From Rhodothermales bacterium (lineage in GTDB: Bacteria; Bacteroidota; Rhodothermia; Rhodothermales; VXPQ01): DNA of 64,000 nucleotides. The notes beneath the pieces were generated by a model. It worked only from the letters and a program-made list of their open reading frames with translations, did no database searches and had not been told where the DNA came from. Numbering within the stretch: the stretch's first letter is position 1; every line of letters begins with the position of its first letter. Made by a program: the position numbers and the translations under genes. Where the stretch lies: contig JBBDTI010000013.1 of assembly GCA_040904565.1 (NCBI GenBank), forward strand, positions 120,268-184,267, written 5' to 3'. Below, one piece after another: positions 28,368-37,767 of the stretch.

Positions 28368-29771
28368 ATGATGGACCTGGAGCCGTATCTCGAGCGCGCG
28401 CGTGACGCCATCTGCAACTGGGAAGCGGAATGGGGCGCCTTCGAACCGCATGAAGCGGCGGAGATAGACGGGCGATCGTTCGAGGAGGCCGTGGGCGAGT
28501 ACGTGGAGCGGCTGAAGGGCAACTATCCGTTCTTCCATCCCCGCTATGCGGGACAGATGCTGAAGCCGCCCCATCCTGCCGCCGTCGTCGGTTATCTGGC
28601 AGCGATGCTGATCAATCCCAACAATCACGCGCTCGACGGGGGGCCTCCGACCAGTGCCATGGAGAAGGAGGTGGTTCGCCAGATTGCCGGTATGTTCGGC
28701 TACCCGGACGACGCGCTTGGCCATTTGACGGGCGGCGGTACGATTGCAAATCTCGAGGCGACGTGGGTGGCGCGGGAGTCTCATCCCGACCGGGGGGTGG
28801 CCGTGAGCGATCAGGCTCATTACACCCACTTTCGCCTGGGTAACGTCCTGAAGATGGAAACGCGCACCGTCCCATCGGACGAGCATGGTCGGATGCAGCT
28901 CGAGGCACTGGAACCCGCCGTGCGGCGGGGTGAGATAGGAACGATCGTCGTCACGGCCGGGACGACGGGTCTGGGCGCCGTCGATCCCATAGCGGACGTG
29001 GTTGAATGGAGGGATCGCTACGGCGTGCGGGTCCACGTGGATGCGGCCTACGGCGGGTTTTTTGCGCTGAGCGCCGCCGACCCGTCTTCGCCGCTGGATG
29101 CCGAGACCCGGCGTCACCTCGAAGCGATCGGCGCCTGCGATTCTATCGTCGTCGATCCCCACAAGCACGGTTTGCAGCCGTACGGGTGCGGGTGCGTCCT
29201 ATTCCGGAATCCTGAAGCTGGACGCGTGTATCGCCACGAATCACCATATACGTACTTTACGTCCGAGGAGCTGCACCTGGGCGAGATCAGTTTTGAATGT
29301 TCTCGGCCAGGTGCTGCGGCGGGTGCGCTGTGGCTCACGCTGCAGGTGCTGCCACTGGAGGCGTCAGCCGGACTCGGAACCGTCGTGACGGCGGGACTGC
29401 GAGCGGCCAGGCAATGGCACCGGCGGTTGGAGAAATCGGATGCCCTGAGATCGTACATGCCGCCCGAGCTCGACATCGTCACGTATTTCCCGGAGCCGGA
29501 GTCATCGTCGAAGAACGAACAGCCCCCCCGAACGACTCGTACCGTTTCGGCGCGATCCCAACAGATCTTCGAACGTGGAATGGACCGCGCCGAGGACCCG
29601 GTGTTTGTCAGCATCCTGCGTGAGGATGCGGGACGCTTCATAGAGCGGCATGGTGACATCTCGGCCGATACGACGGAGGTGCGCCTCCTTCGGAGCGTCA
29701 TGATGAAGCCGGAACATGAGCACTATGTCGACGAACTCTACCGACTTGTCATGGATGCAGTGAGGATCTGA
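28368..29771 (+). CDS. Group II PLP-dependent decarboxylase
   Basis: 'GGGTIANL', 'AHYTH', 'TAGTT..GAVDP', 'HVDAAYGG', 'DPHK'. Confidence 0.9.
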   Translation: MMDLEPYLERARDAICNWEAEWGAFEPHEAAEIDGRSFEEAVGEYVERLKGNYPFFHPRYAGQMLKPPHPAAVVGYLAAMLINPNNHALDGGPPTSAMEKEVVRQIAGMFGYPDDALGHLTGGGTIANLEATWVARESHPDRGVAVSDQAHYTHFRLGNVLKMETRTVPSDEHGRMQLEALEPAVRRGEIGTIVVTAGTTGLGAVDPIADVVEWRDRYGVRVHVDAAYGGFFALSAADPSSPLDAETRRHLEAIGACDSIVVDPHKHGLQPYGCGCVLFRNPEAGRVYRHESPYTYFTSEELHLGEISFECSRPGAAAGALWLTLQVLPLEASAGLGTVVTAGLRAARQWHRRLEKSDALRSYMPPELDIVTYFPEPESSSKNEQPPRTTRTVSARSQQIFERGMDRAEDPVFVSILREDAGRFIERHGDISADTTEVRLLRSVMMKPEHEHYVDELYRLVMDAVRI

Positions 29772-29777
29772 CCTGCT

Positions 29778-30554
29778 ATGGCCGATCATCGAAACGAGGA
29801 GGCGTCCCTACTGCTGGGTCGCAATCCGGTGCGGGAGGCGATCGAGCGCAGCCCGCGCAACATCGAAAAAGTAATGATCCAGCAGGAGGGAGGCGGTCAG
29901 GATCTGGCAGATATCCGCCGGCTTGCATCGGATGCCGGCTTGCAGGTCCAGTTCGTTCCCGAAGGACGGCTCAACCAGCTCGCACGCGGACTCAACCACC
30001 AGGGGGTTGCCGCGTATGCAGCGCCCGTGGCGTACGTGGATGTGAACGAGATGCTCGAGTCGATTGCTCCGACACGTGAGGATGTAACGAAGCGAAAGCC
30101 GCGTATTCTGGTCCTGGACGAGATTCAGGATCCGTTCAACTTCGGAGCCATCCTCCGAACGGCCGTTGCATCCGGAACCGATGGCGTGATCGTCCCGCAG
30201 CGCAACATGGCGCCGCTCAATGCGGCAGCGATGAAGGCGAGTGCGGGTACAGCCAACCGGATCGCTATCGCCCGGGTCGCGAACGTGGGCGATACGATCT
30301 ACCAGCTAAAGGAACGTGGATACTGGGTCGCTGGAGCAGCCGCGTCCGGCGACGTCAGCGTCTGGGATATGGATTGGGACCGTCCGGTGGCCGTCGTCAT
30401 TGGAAGCGAGGGAAAAGGAATCCGGCATCGTATTCTGACCGAATGCGACTATCGCGTGACCATCCCCATGGCCGGCCCAGCCGAGTCGCTGAACGCTTCC
30501 GTAGCAGCCGGGATACTCCTTTTTGCTGCCGGCAGGCACCGATCAGGCGCCTGA
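29778..30554 (+). CDS. rlmB: 23S rRNA Gm2251 2'-O-methyltransferase (SpoU)
   Basis: 'GRNPV.EA', 'HQGV', 'QDPFNFGAILRTA', 'GSEGKG', 'SLNASVA'. Confidence 0.93.
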   Translation: MADHRNEEASLLLGRNPVREAIERSPRNIEKVMIQQEGGGQDLADIRRLASDAGLQVQFVPEGRLNQLARGLNHQGVAAYAAPVAYVDVNEMLESIAPTREDVTKRKPRILVLDEIQDPFNFGAILRTAVASGTDGVIVPQRNMAPLNAAAMKASAGTANRIAIARVANVGDTIYQLKERGYWVAGAAASGDVSVWDMDWDRPVAVVIGSEGKGIRHRILTECDYRVTIPMAGPAESLNASVAAGILLFAAGRHRSGA

Positions 30555-30569
30555 CTGCCGGGTCGAATC

Positions 30570-30824
30570 CTATCGATTGTTCAGCTTGTAGACAATCTTC
30601 CGGATCGTGTCGAACTGCAGATAAGGATATTCGCCCCGAAGCGATTCGATCGCATCGTACGCGGGCACTTCTTCCTCTCTCATGCGACGAAACTTGCGGC
30701 GAATCTGGAAGTCGCGCACGCTCTTTTCGTTGAAAAGATTGTGTTCTTCAAGCAGCTTGAAGACATCGTCGCTGATCAGCTCAGACAGCGGGTTGGGGCC
30801 TTCATATTCCGTTGATGCCTGCAT
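30570..30824 (-). CDS. Small hypothetical protein, possible HTH
   Basis: 84-aa protein-like ORF ending 'RDFQIRRKF...EYPYLQFDTIRKIVY'; AT-rich upstream region. Confidence 0.75.
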   Translation of the reverse strand: MQASTEYEGPNPLSELISDDVFKLLEEHNLFNEKSVRDFQIRRKFRRMREEEVPAYDAIESLRGEYPYLQFDTIRKIVYKLNNR

Positions 30825-31074
30825 AGTCCTTGCGGAGTCTTGTTCCTGGTGGACGTGACGATGGGGATGTCGTCTGGCCATGTCGGCAATAATAAGACTA
30901 TGTTATGGCGACGCTATATCTGCTAATAGTTATGTGAACGGTTACAAGCGGGGGATGAGTCGTTGTTGAGGTCTCGTGAATAGTAGTTGCCGGTTGCGTG
31001 AAGGGGTCGCCGACCGCCAGGAGGGTCGAGAACGCGGCATGGGGCCGGGTCCGGTGATGCGACTACCAGTACGC

Positions 31075-33477
31075 TTAATTGCACGCCTGGGACGTCCGAA
31101 CGTACGATTGAACGGACGGTGCACGGATGTCGTCGATATGCTCGAAGACGCGTTCCTGGAATCCGGCTGACTCCAATGCCGCGACAGCTGACGAGGCAAC
31201 GGCGGGATCACGGTCGGCCAGCAGGTCGGCGAGCCGGTCGACGGCGACATCGGAGGAAGGTGCCAGGCTGCCAAGGAGGCGGACGGCGGCCAGGCGAAGC
31301 CGGAGGGGATATCCCTCTGACGCGTACCGCAACCCCTCCTCGCGGGCTACGTCGGGTACCCGGTCTCGCAGCTCTCCGAGCGCGTCGAGTCCGGCCGCCC
31401 TGATCACGTCATCGTGAGACGGCGTCACGAGCGCCGAACGCGCTACGTCGATCGCATTGTCCGGACCGATTCGGGCGTATGTACGGACGGCCTCGGCCTG
31501 AAGGTCATAGTGAACATCCGTTTCTGCGGCCCGCAGTGCAAGCCGCGCCGCAGCCGCACTCGACATAGTGTCGGCCAGCGCGCGCAGAACGGCACGTCGA
31601 ACGATCGGGGATGGGTCGCCGTAGGTGTCGATGAGTACTCGTTCGGAAGCGGATCCTGAAGGAAGGCGGCCGATGGCCTCGACAATGGCGGCCCTCACGC
31701 CGGCGTTAGATTCGGCATCCAGAGCGGCTCGAAGACCGAGTAAGAGGGTATTTCCGGCCTCTGCACCGCCGAGGTTGTCAGCGGCGACACGGCGCGCATG
31801 GGGGGCCGTGGCATAGCGAAGCTGGGCCACCCAGGCCGACGAAGACTGATCCGTGTTATGCTCGATCAGCCAGTCCCCATCCGGGTCGATGGCAACGTAT
31901 CGCGGACGACCGGAGATCGAAAGATCGTAGGTCCTGACGGCGTCGTTCATCCGCACGTCGAAGCGCTCGGCGCCATCGAGCATCCCAATTTCGACGGTCA
32001 GGTCGAGGGGAAAGACGTCCGGCACGGATTCACCGGATTGAACCTGCTCGACTCGTAGCCGGAGACTGTTATCACCAGAGGAATAACGCACGTCCAGCAC
32101 CGGATGGCCGCCGCCGTAGATCCAGGTGTCGGCGAAGCCCATTACGTCCTTCTCCGTGGCCTCGGAGACGGCCTCTATCCAGTCTGCCGTAGTGACGCGG
32201 CCATATGCGTTCTCGGCGAGGAAATGGCGCACCGCAGCCTGGAACGCCTCGGCGCCGACCGATCTGCGGAGCATGTGGAGGACCCACGTGCCGCGGGTCG
32301 TCGTCTGGGCATCGAGGAGTTCCGATGGGTGGTTCCATCGATTCCAGACGAGCGGGCGGGGTGAGGAGGCGTTTTCCATATACGTCGCGCGGAGTGCTTC
32401 GAGCGCTTCCGCGTCGGGTTCGCCCGTATCCATAGCCAGCACATCAAGATACGCTGGAAAGGCCTCTTCCATCCATGCGTGCCGCCAGGAGTCGACGGAC
32501 GTGACCGTGCCGAACCACTGCTGAAGAAGAGGGCGCGTCAGCTCGGAGGGCGGGGCGTAGGGCGTTTCGTCGCGGTCATCGGGCTCAACGTATGGCGGCA
32601 CCGCAACGACACCCGAAGCGGACGAAGCGCGACCGTCCACATGGATCTGCGCGTATCGCTCGAAGGGATAGGACAGCCCCGTCCATTCCGAGAGGAAGTC
32701 CATCCGATCCGCAATGGCGGAGATCGCGCCTTCGGGAGCCCGGGGCCGGTCCGTCGTTCGGTCGCGACGCATCCACCAGGTGAGGGCGGTCCGGCGTCCA
32801 CCCGGTATGTTGCCGAAGATGGTTCCGGTGTCTACCACTCCGGCAGCCACGCCGATTCGACGTGCCGGAAGCTCGTGCGGGATCGAGAATTGAAAGGTGG
32901 ACCGCCCCTCTTCCGACGACTGCACGCCGGTGGGGACGCCCGACGCGGCGGCAGACCAGCCGAGAGGCACGGACAGATGAATGTCGGCGGTGAGGCGGTC
33001 GTGAACGTCGGGCGTGGCGGGAAACCAGGTACTGAGCGGATCGATTGCAAGGGTCAGTTCCTCAGATCCGGCGGTCGGAGGTGCGCGGAAATAGAGCACG
33101 AGCCCCGTTCGCACTCCCCCCTCTATCGTGTCGGGAAGCGCCAGCGAAAGGACACCGTTCGCGGTCGTATCGATTTCGATGGGTGCAGCACCGAAGAAGG
33201 CGCTGTCGACGATGGCCGAATTCCTGCCAAGCAAAATGGTGTCGGCATCGTTTGCGAAGCTCAGTTCGAGTGCGGCGCGTCCCTGAAAACGACCGTCTTC
33301 GAAGACGTCGAGCGATAGGTCGGCATGGCGCAGATCGTACGCGTCGGCCCGGGACTCATGGATGGGTGCGGCGTACGGAAATGCGGTGCAGGAGGCCGGG
33401 TCTCCTTCGCTTACCTGTCCCGCCGCGGGTCGGGCGAAGAGCACAAACAATCCCACGATGAGGGCAACGCGAGGCAT
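31075..33477 (-). CDS. Exported M1 aminopeptidase-like protein with C-terminal HEAT repeats, catalytic motifs degenerate
   Basis: Signal peptide; 'WFP..D', 'YPFERYAQ', 'QWFG...W...WMEEAF', 'G.WVLHML', 'G.P.L.V'; HEAT-like repeats. Confidence 0.85.
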   Translation of the reverse strand: MPRVALIVGLFVLFARPAAGQVSEGDPASCTAFPYAAPIHESRADAYDLRHADLSLDVFEDGRFQGRAALELSFANDADTILLGRNSAIVDSAFFGAAPIEIDTTANGVLSLALPDTIEGGVRTGLVLYFRAPPTAGSEELTLAIDPLSTWFPATPDVHDRLTADIHLSVPLGWSAAASGVPTGVQSSEEGRSTFQFSIPHELPARRIGVAAGVVDTGTIFGNIPGGRRTALTWWMRRDRTTDRPRAPEGAISAIADRMDFLSEWTGLSYPFERYAQIHVDGRASSASGVVAVPPYVEPDDRDETPYAPPSELTRPLLQQWFGTVTSVDSWRHAWMEEAFPAYLDVLAMDTGEPDAEALEALRATYMENASSPRPLVWNRWNHPSELLDAQTTTRGTWVLHMLRRSVGAEAFQAAVRHFLAENAYGRVTTADWIEAVSEATEKDVMGFADTWIYGGGHPVLDVRYSSGDNSLRLRVEQVQSGESVPDVFPLDLTVEIGMLDGAERFDVRMNDAVRTYDLSISGRPRYVAIDPDGDWLIEHNTDQSSSAWVAQLRYATAPHARRVAADNLGGAEAGNTLLLGLRAALDAESNAGVRAAIVEAIGRLPSGSASERVLIDTYGDPSPIVRRAVLRALADTMSSAAAARLALRAAETDVHYDLQAEAVRTYARIGPDNAIDVARSALVTPSHDDVIRAAGLDALGELRDRVPDVAREEGLRYASEGYPLRLRLAAVRLLGSLAPSSDVAVDRLADLLADRDPAVASSAVAALESAGFQERVFEHIDDIRAPSVQSYVRTSQACN

Positions 33478-33481
33478 AGAA

Positions 33482-34555
33482 TCAGTCCGATCGATCTTCT
33501 TTCGCCGCGATCGTTCGCAGGCGGAGGCGGTGGAGGCTGGAGCCTTGCAGGACCAGACAGATCGCGCCGGTCGCTACGTAAAGGACGAGCTGCGCCGCGT
33601 GCGAGAGAACCGCATAGGATGCCGCCGCCTCCTGGCTCACGGCGAAAAGGTATACAAGGCTCTGGATGGTAATATAATGATAGGATCCCACTCCACCGGG
33701 CGATGGAATCGCGACACCGACGGCGCCGAGGATCATAATCGACCATGCATCGACGAACGACAGGTCATAGGCATCCACCATCCCCAGCATCACGAAGGGC
33801 AGGTAGGCCATCAGTGTATAGAATAACCAGATGCCGATCGTGCTGATGACGAGCGTTCCACGTTCCGGCGAACGAACGAGCGTCGCTATCCCGTCACGGA
33901 ACGACAGCAGCACGGGTCGTGCACGATCCGCCCAGGAAGGGGCCCCGCTGGAGGCGTCGCGGCGGAGCATCGTCCGATAGAGTAAGAGTACGAGAATCGC
34001 CACGACGGCGATACCTGCGCCGAGTGCGATGGCGGGGATCCTCCCAAGCTGTTCCGTGAGGGGCGTTAGAAACAGCCGATCGATCGTCGCCGCACGGTCG
34101 ATCAGCAGCACGAACACGCTTGCCAGCGCGAGGGCCAGCACGATCACGTCGAGGATCCGCTCGACCACCACCGTGCCGAAAAGGCTGCTGAAGCCGATAT
34201 GCGTTCTTGCAGAGAGATTGGCCGTCCGGGCTATCTCGCCCAATCTCGGTGCGGCGTAATTGACCATATACCCGATCATCAGAGAAGAAAACGCGCCCCC
34301 CGTCGTAGGCGGCCTGCCGTCGGAGGCGGTCTCCTCATCGGGCAGCGCCCTGATAAGTACCTGCCAGCGCCATGCCCGGAGCCAGTGGCTGAAGAGTGCT
34401 ACGCCCGCGAGCGGTACGAGCCATCGATAGTCGGCGCGTCGAAGTGCGCCGAGCATCGCTCCGAAATCGACGCCTCGGAGGGAGAGATAAAGGAGGACGC
34501 CTGCCAGGACGAAGCTCGCGATCTGGGCAATTAGGCTCCGTTGGCGTGGCGACAT
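33482..34555 (-). CDS. Lysylphosphatidylglycerol synthase TM domain / flippase-like protein (UPF0104)
   Basis: 'LRAWRW', 'GYMVN..APRLGE..R', 'VVERILD', 'PSPGGVGSYH'. Confidence 0.9.
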   Translation of the reverse strand: MSPRQRSLIAQIASFVLAGVLLYLSLRGVDFGAMLGALRRADYRWLVPLAGVALFSHWLRAWRWQVLIRALPDEETASDGRPPTTGGAFSSLMIGYMVNYAAPRLGEIARTANLSARTHIGFSSLFGTVVVERILDVIVLALALASVFVLLIDRAATIDRLFLTPLTEQLGRIPAIALGAGIAVVAILVLLLYRTMLRRDASSGAPSWADRARPVLLSFRDGIATLVRSPERGTLVISTIGIWLFYTLMAYLPFVMLGMVDAYDLSFVDAWSIMILGAVGVAIPSPGGVGSYHYITIQSLVYLFAVSQEAAASYAVLSHAAQLVLYVATGAICLVLQGSSLHRLRLRTIAAKEDRSD

Positions 34556-35208
34556 TACGAGCGAAGGTCGATGACTTCGGCGCCGTTCGGAGGTGTGAAC
34601 TGAAACACGGTGGAATCGAGCGCCGGATTGAGTTCGATGTTCGTCAGAATAAAGTCCATCGTCGTGCCGTTAACATCCACGACCTGCAGACGAGTAATAA
34701 TATCGTCTCGCGTTCTCATCGAAAGTGTTGCCTCCGTGAAGAAGGCTTCCTCTGATTCGGGTTCGAGCGTCAGCACGAAATGCTCCTCGCCGTCGACCGT
34801 CGTCGTTTGGACGGATGTGGCGTCGAACTTTTCATCATAATCGAAGAGGAACTCGCTGACGGAAAAGGACTGCTCGTCCTCCGAATAATCGTTGATGAGG
34901 ACCTGGTCTTGCGAGCGCATAAAGACCCAGGTTACGATACCGTCCGTCACGAGCGTCTGTCCGTCCGTCTCAACGCGGTATTTTTCACCGCTCGCGATCA
35001 AGACGCCGCTCGACGTAGCCTCGTCATCCATGTACGACGAGCGCATCGTCTGCGCAAAATCCGCCCGCAGCGCATCGATCGATTCATACTTGGTCTTGAG
35101 CCGCTCGAAGACCTCGTCGACACTCTGGGCGGTCGCCGGCCCGGACGGTACGACGAGAGCCCCCAGGAGGAGTGCGAGGAGCGCGACGAAGAATGATCGC
35201 ATGGACAT
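34555..35208 (-). CDS. lolA: Outer-membrane lipoprotein carrier LolA
   Basis: Signal peptide; 'LRADF.Q', 'KYRVE', 'LVTDG..TW', C-terminal 'FQFTPP.G.EVIDLR'. Confidence 0.88.
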   Translation of the reverse strand: MSMRSFFVALLALLLGALVVPSGPATAQSVDEVFERLKTKYESIDALRADFAQTMRSSYMDDEATSSGVLIASGEKYRVETDGQTLVTDGIVTWVFMRSQDQVLINDYSEDEQSFSVSEFLFDYDEKFDATSVQTTTVDGEEHFVLTLEPESEEAFFTEATLSMRTRDDIITRLQVVDVNGTTMDFILTNIELNPALDSTVFQFTPPNGAEVIDLRS

Positions 35209-35413
35209 ACTGTATTACCATGTTTTAGGACGAAAGGCGCGGTCCCCATCCGGACCGGACGGGCCCGCGTCGACGAGCAGGCTAAAAATGAGTACGCTGC
35301 GACGAGTCAGCCGCACCGAGCCGGTTCAATAGCAGGCAAAGCTCGTGCCGCCAGCAAATATAACAGGCCGCTCGTTGTGTTGGTTCGGTAGAGTCGCGCG
35401 ATCCGGCGAAAAT

Positions 35414-36577
35414 TCAGGTGTACGCCCGAGAAGCCGCTTCCAGTGCGTCGATCAAAGCATCCACGTCGCGATCATCATTGTAGACATGTGGCGCTACGCG
35501 TACGGCCGTGCCGCGTACCGAGACGGAAACGTTCTTACGGGCCAGCTCCTGGCGGAGCCGTTCCTGATCGATACCGTCGGCGCGCCGCAATCCGAACAGA
35601 TGATGGCCACGTCCCTGAGGCGGCTCGATTTCGTAGCCAAGTTCGCGCGCGCGTTCCACCAGCGGCCGGCAGAGGTGCTCGCAGTACGTCTGAAGGTCGT
35701 TCGGTCCCCATTCCAGTACCAGTTCCAGCGCTGCGGCCAGCATTGGGACGAGGATGAAGTTGCTGCGCTCGCCCACGTCGAACCGCACGGCACCGGGCTG
35801 ATATCGATCTTCATAATTGACGAGGCGGCTGAATTGTTCACTTCCGAGTCGGCCGATCCAGTTCTCTTCCAGCGGGGATCCGCCGTGATGGCGCTCGTCC
35901 AGGTAGGCGACGCCGAGCGCGTACGGGCCATGGAGCCACTTGTATCCTGCGCAGATAAGAGCGTCCGGTCGGACCTGTCGTACGTTGAAAGCGAGCGCAC
36001 CGACAGATTGGGTGCCGTCGATGACGAGGGCGGCATCGACGTCCCGTGCGCGATCGGAGATGGCTACGAGGTCGAAGCGGGTGCCGTCCGTCCAGTGAAC
36101 GTGAGGGAGAGCAACGACGTCCGTGCTGTCGTCGATGGCCTCCAGAATCCGGTCGTTCCACCGTGCGGCTCGTCCGTTTGCCCCCGGTCCGGGTCCAATC
36201 GTCACCACGTTCGCTCCGGCATCTCGGGCGAGGCGCTGCCATACGTAGACGTTGCTTGGAAACTGATCCTCGAGAACAATGATGCGGCCGCCGCGCTCAA
36301 CCTTGAGATTGCGGGCGATGGATGCAAGGCCGTAGGAGGCAGACGGAATGAGGGCGATGTCGGACGCATCAGCATGGATGAGTTCGGCGAACAGACTTCT
36401 GACACGATGGCTGTCGTCGAAAAAGGCGGTCGGCTCGATCGACGTCGGATCGCGCTTGGCACGGAGGCCCTCGATGCCGGCCTGTTCGACCGATCGGGCC
36501 ATAGGCGCCATATACGCACAGTTCAGATAGTGGAGGTTGGGCGGAAGGGAGAAGAGCTCCTTTTTGCAGGTCAGCAT
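35414..36577 (-). CDS. Class V PLP aminotransferase
   Basis: 'YLNCAYMAP', 'QFPSNVY.W', 'IDGTQSVGA', 'AGYKWL.GPY'. Confidence 0.9.
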   Translation of the reverse strand: MLTCKKELFSLPPNLHYLNCAYMAPMARSVEQAGIEGLRAKRDPTSIEPTAFFDDSHRVRSLFAELIHADASDIALIPSASYGLASIARNLKVERGGRIIVLEDQFPSNVYVWQRLARDAGANVVTIGPGPGANGRAARWNDRILEAIDDSTDVVALPHVHWTDGTRFDLVAISDRARDVDAALVIDGTQSVGALAFNVRQVRPDALICAGYKWLHGPYALGVAYLDERHHGGSPLEENWIGRLGSEQFSRLVNYEDRYQPGAVRFDVGERSNFILVPMLAAALELVLEWGPNDLQTYCEHLCRPLVERARELGYEIEPPQGRGHHLFGLRRADGIDQERLRQELARKNVSVSVRGTAVRVAPHVYNDDRDVDALIDALEAASRAYT

Positions 36578-36718
36578 GCGGGTTTGCCTGTAACGGATTC
36601 TTTATTTCTTGCAGAGACGGCTCCGATCCACCCTTTGCGAGGGCCTCAGGTTCATCATCGTCCGTGCAAACTCCTACATTGGAGATACACTGAACACGAT
36701 ATCAAATAGAGGCGAGAG

Positions 36719-37162
36719 ATGTCGGAGTTACGATCTTTCGAAAAGGCCGATCTTGACCGCATAGCGGATGATCTGATGCGTGCCTACAGAGTCTGTCGCC
36801 AGACGGTCGCGGATGTCATGCATAGGAGCGAGAAGGCGGGTACGCCGAAGAGAGTGGCGGCGTTAATCGACTGTGCAGACGTGAATCTTACCCTGGCAAA
36901 TCTTCTGATGCGCGAATCCATGCACACGCTGAGCGTAGCGGAGGTTGCGCTGGACGTCGCAAAAGCATGTGCGGAACAGATTCGGAGCGAGGAACACGAT
37001 GTGCCTCAGCTGCGGGCCGCCTACGCAATGTGCCAGCGCGTCCAGCACGACTGTCTCGAACTGCTCGGGAAAGAGGTGCCGGGCGGTGCCGACGAACTGG
37101 ATGAAATGGTCGAGGCAACGTTTCCGGCAAGTGATCCGCCTTCGCGGCCGACGGAGATCTGA
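36719..37162 (+). CDS. Four-helix-bundle Csp3/DUF326-like protein with C-terminal 'TFPASDPP' motif
   Basis: 'LIDCADVN...ANLLMRES' and 'ACAEQ' match the Csp3 helix pattern; tail 'DEMVEATFPASDPPS'. Confidence 0.65.
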   Translation: MSELRSFEKADLDRIADDLMRAYRVCRQTVADVMHRSEKAGTPKRVAALIDCADVNLTLANLLMRESMHTLSVAEVALDVAKACAEQIRSEEHDVPQLRAAYAMCQRVQHDCLELLGKEVPGGADELDEMVEATFPASDPPSRPTEI

Positions 37163-37227
37163 TGAGACGGGCGGAAACGAGCGCGGAGGCTGGAGTCTTG
37201 GATGTCATGTCCCCCCGATGCATCCGG

Positions 37228-37767
37228 CTACCTGCCCAGCTCATACGTCTCGACGACGGTATGAAGGGCACCGGATGCTCGCAGATCGCTTCGGTAGAGA
37301 TGGAAGGCGTTCACGTCGAACGTCTGCAGGGGCAGGTCGGTGTGCGTTTTCAGGTAGCGTCGGACGTCCCGTGGCGTGGCACCCTTCGGTCGCGCTATCG
37401 TGACATGCGGATGGAAGGGTTTCTGATCCGGATCGAAGCCCTGGTCGGTAACGATCGTCTCTACGTCCACCCGCAGGCGCGTTAGAACGGGATGGTCCCG
37501 GAGACGTGCAACGATGACGCGCGGCCGCCGACGAGAAGGGAATACGTCGAGGCCGGCCGTAGCGAGCGTAAGGGTAGGCCGTTCGATCTGACGGAGTCCG
37601 TCGCGCAGACGCCCCGCAACTTCATCTTCCACTTCGCCGACGTAGCGGAGCGTGCAGTGGAGCTGCGACGCCGGGGTCCATCTCGCAGCCAGTTGTTCGT
37701 CTTGAAGGCCGGTTAGCGCGGCGGCGTGTTCACTGGGTATATCTATGGCGACAAAAAGACGGGGCAT
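37228..37767 (-). CDS. thpR: RNA 2',3'-cyclic phosphodiesterase (2H family)
   Basis: 'RLFVAI' and two HxT motifs, 'LHCTL' and 'PHVTIAR'. Confidence 0.92.
   Translation of the reverse strand: MPRLFVAIDIPSEHAAALTGLQDEQLAARWTPASQLHCTLRYVGEVEDEVAGRLRDGLRQIERPTLTLATAGLDVFPSRRRPRVIVARLRDHPVLTRLRVDVETIVTDQGFDPDQKPFHPHVTIARPKGATPRDVRRYLKTHTDLPLQTFDVNAFHLYRSDLRASGALHTVVETYELGR

Noticed and set aside
35345-36709. 454-aa plus-strand ORF
   Set aside because: Antisense to a clear class V aminotransferase and has no motifs; expected in high-GC DNA.
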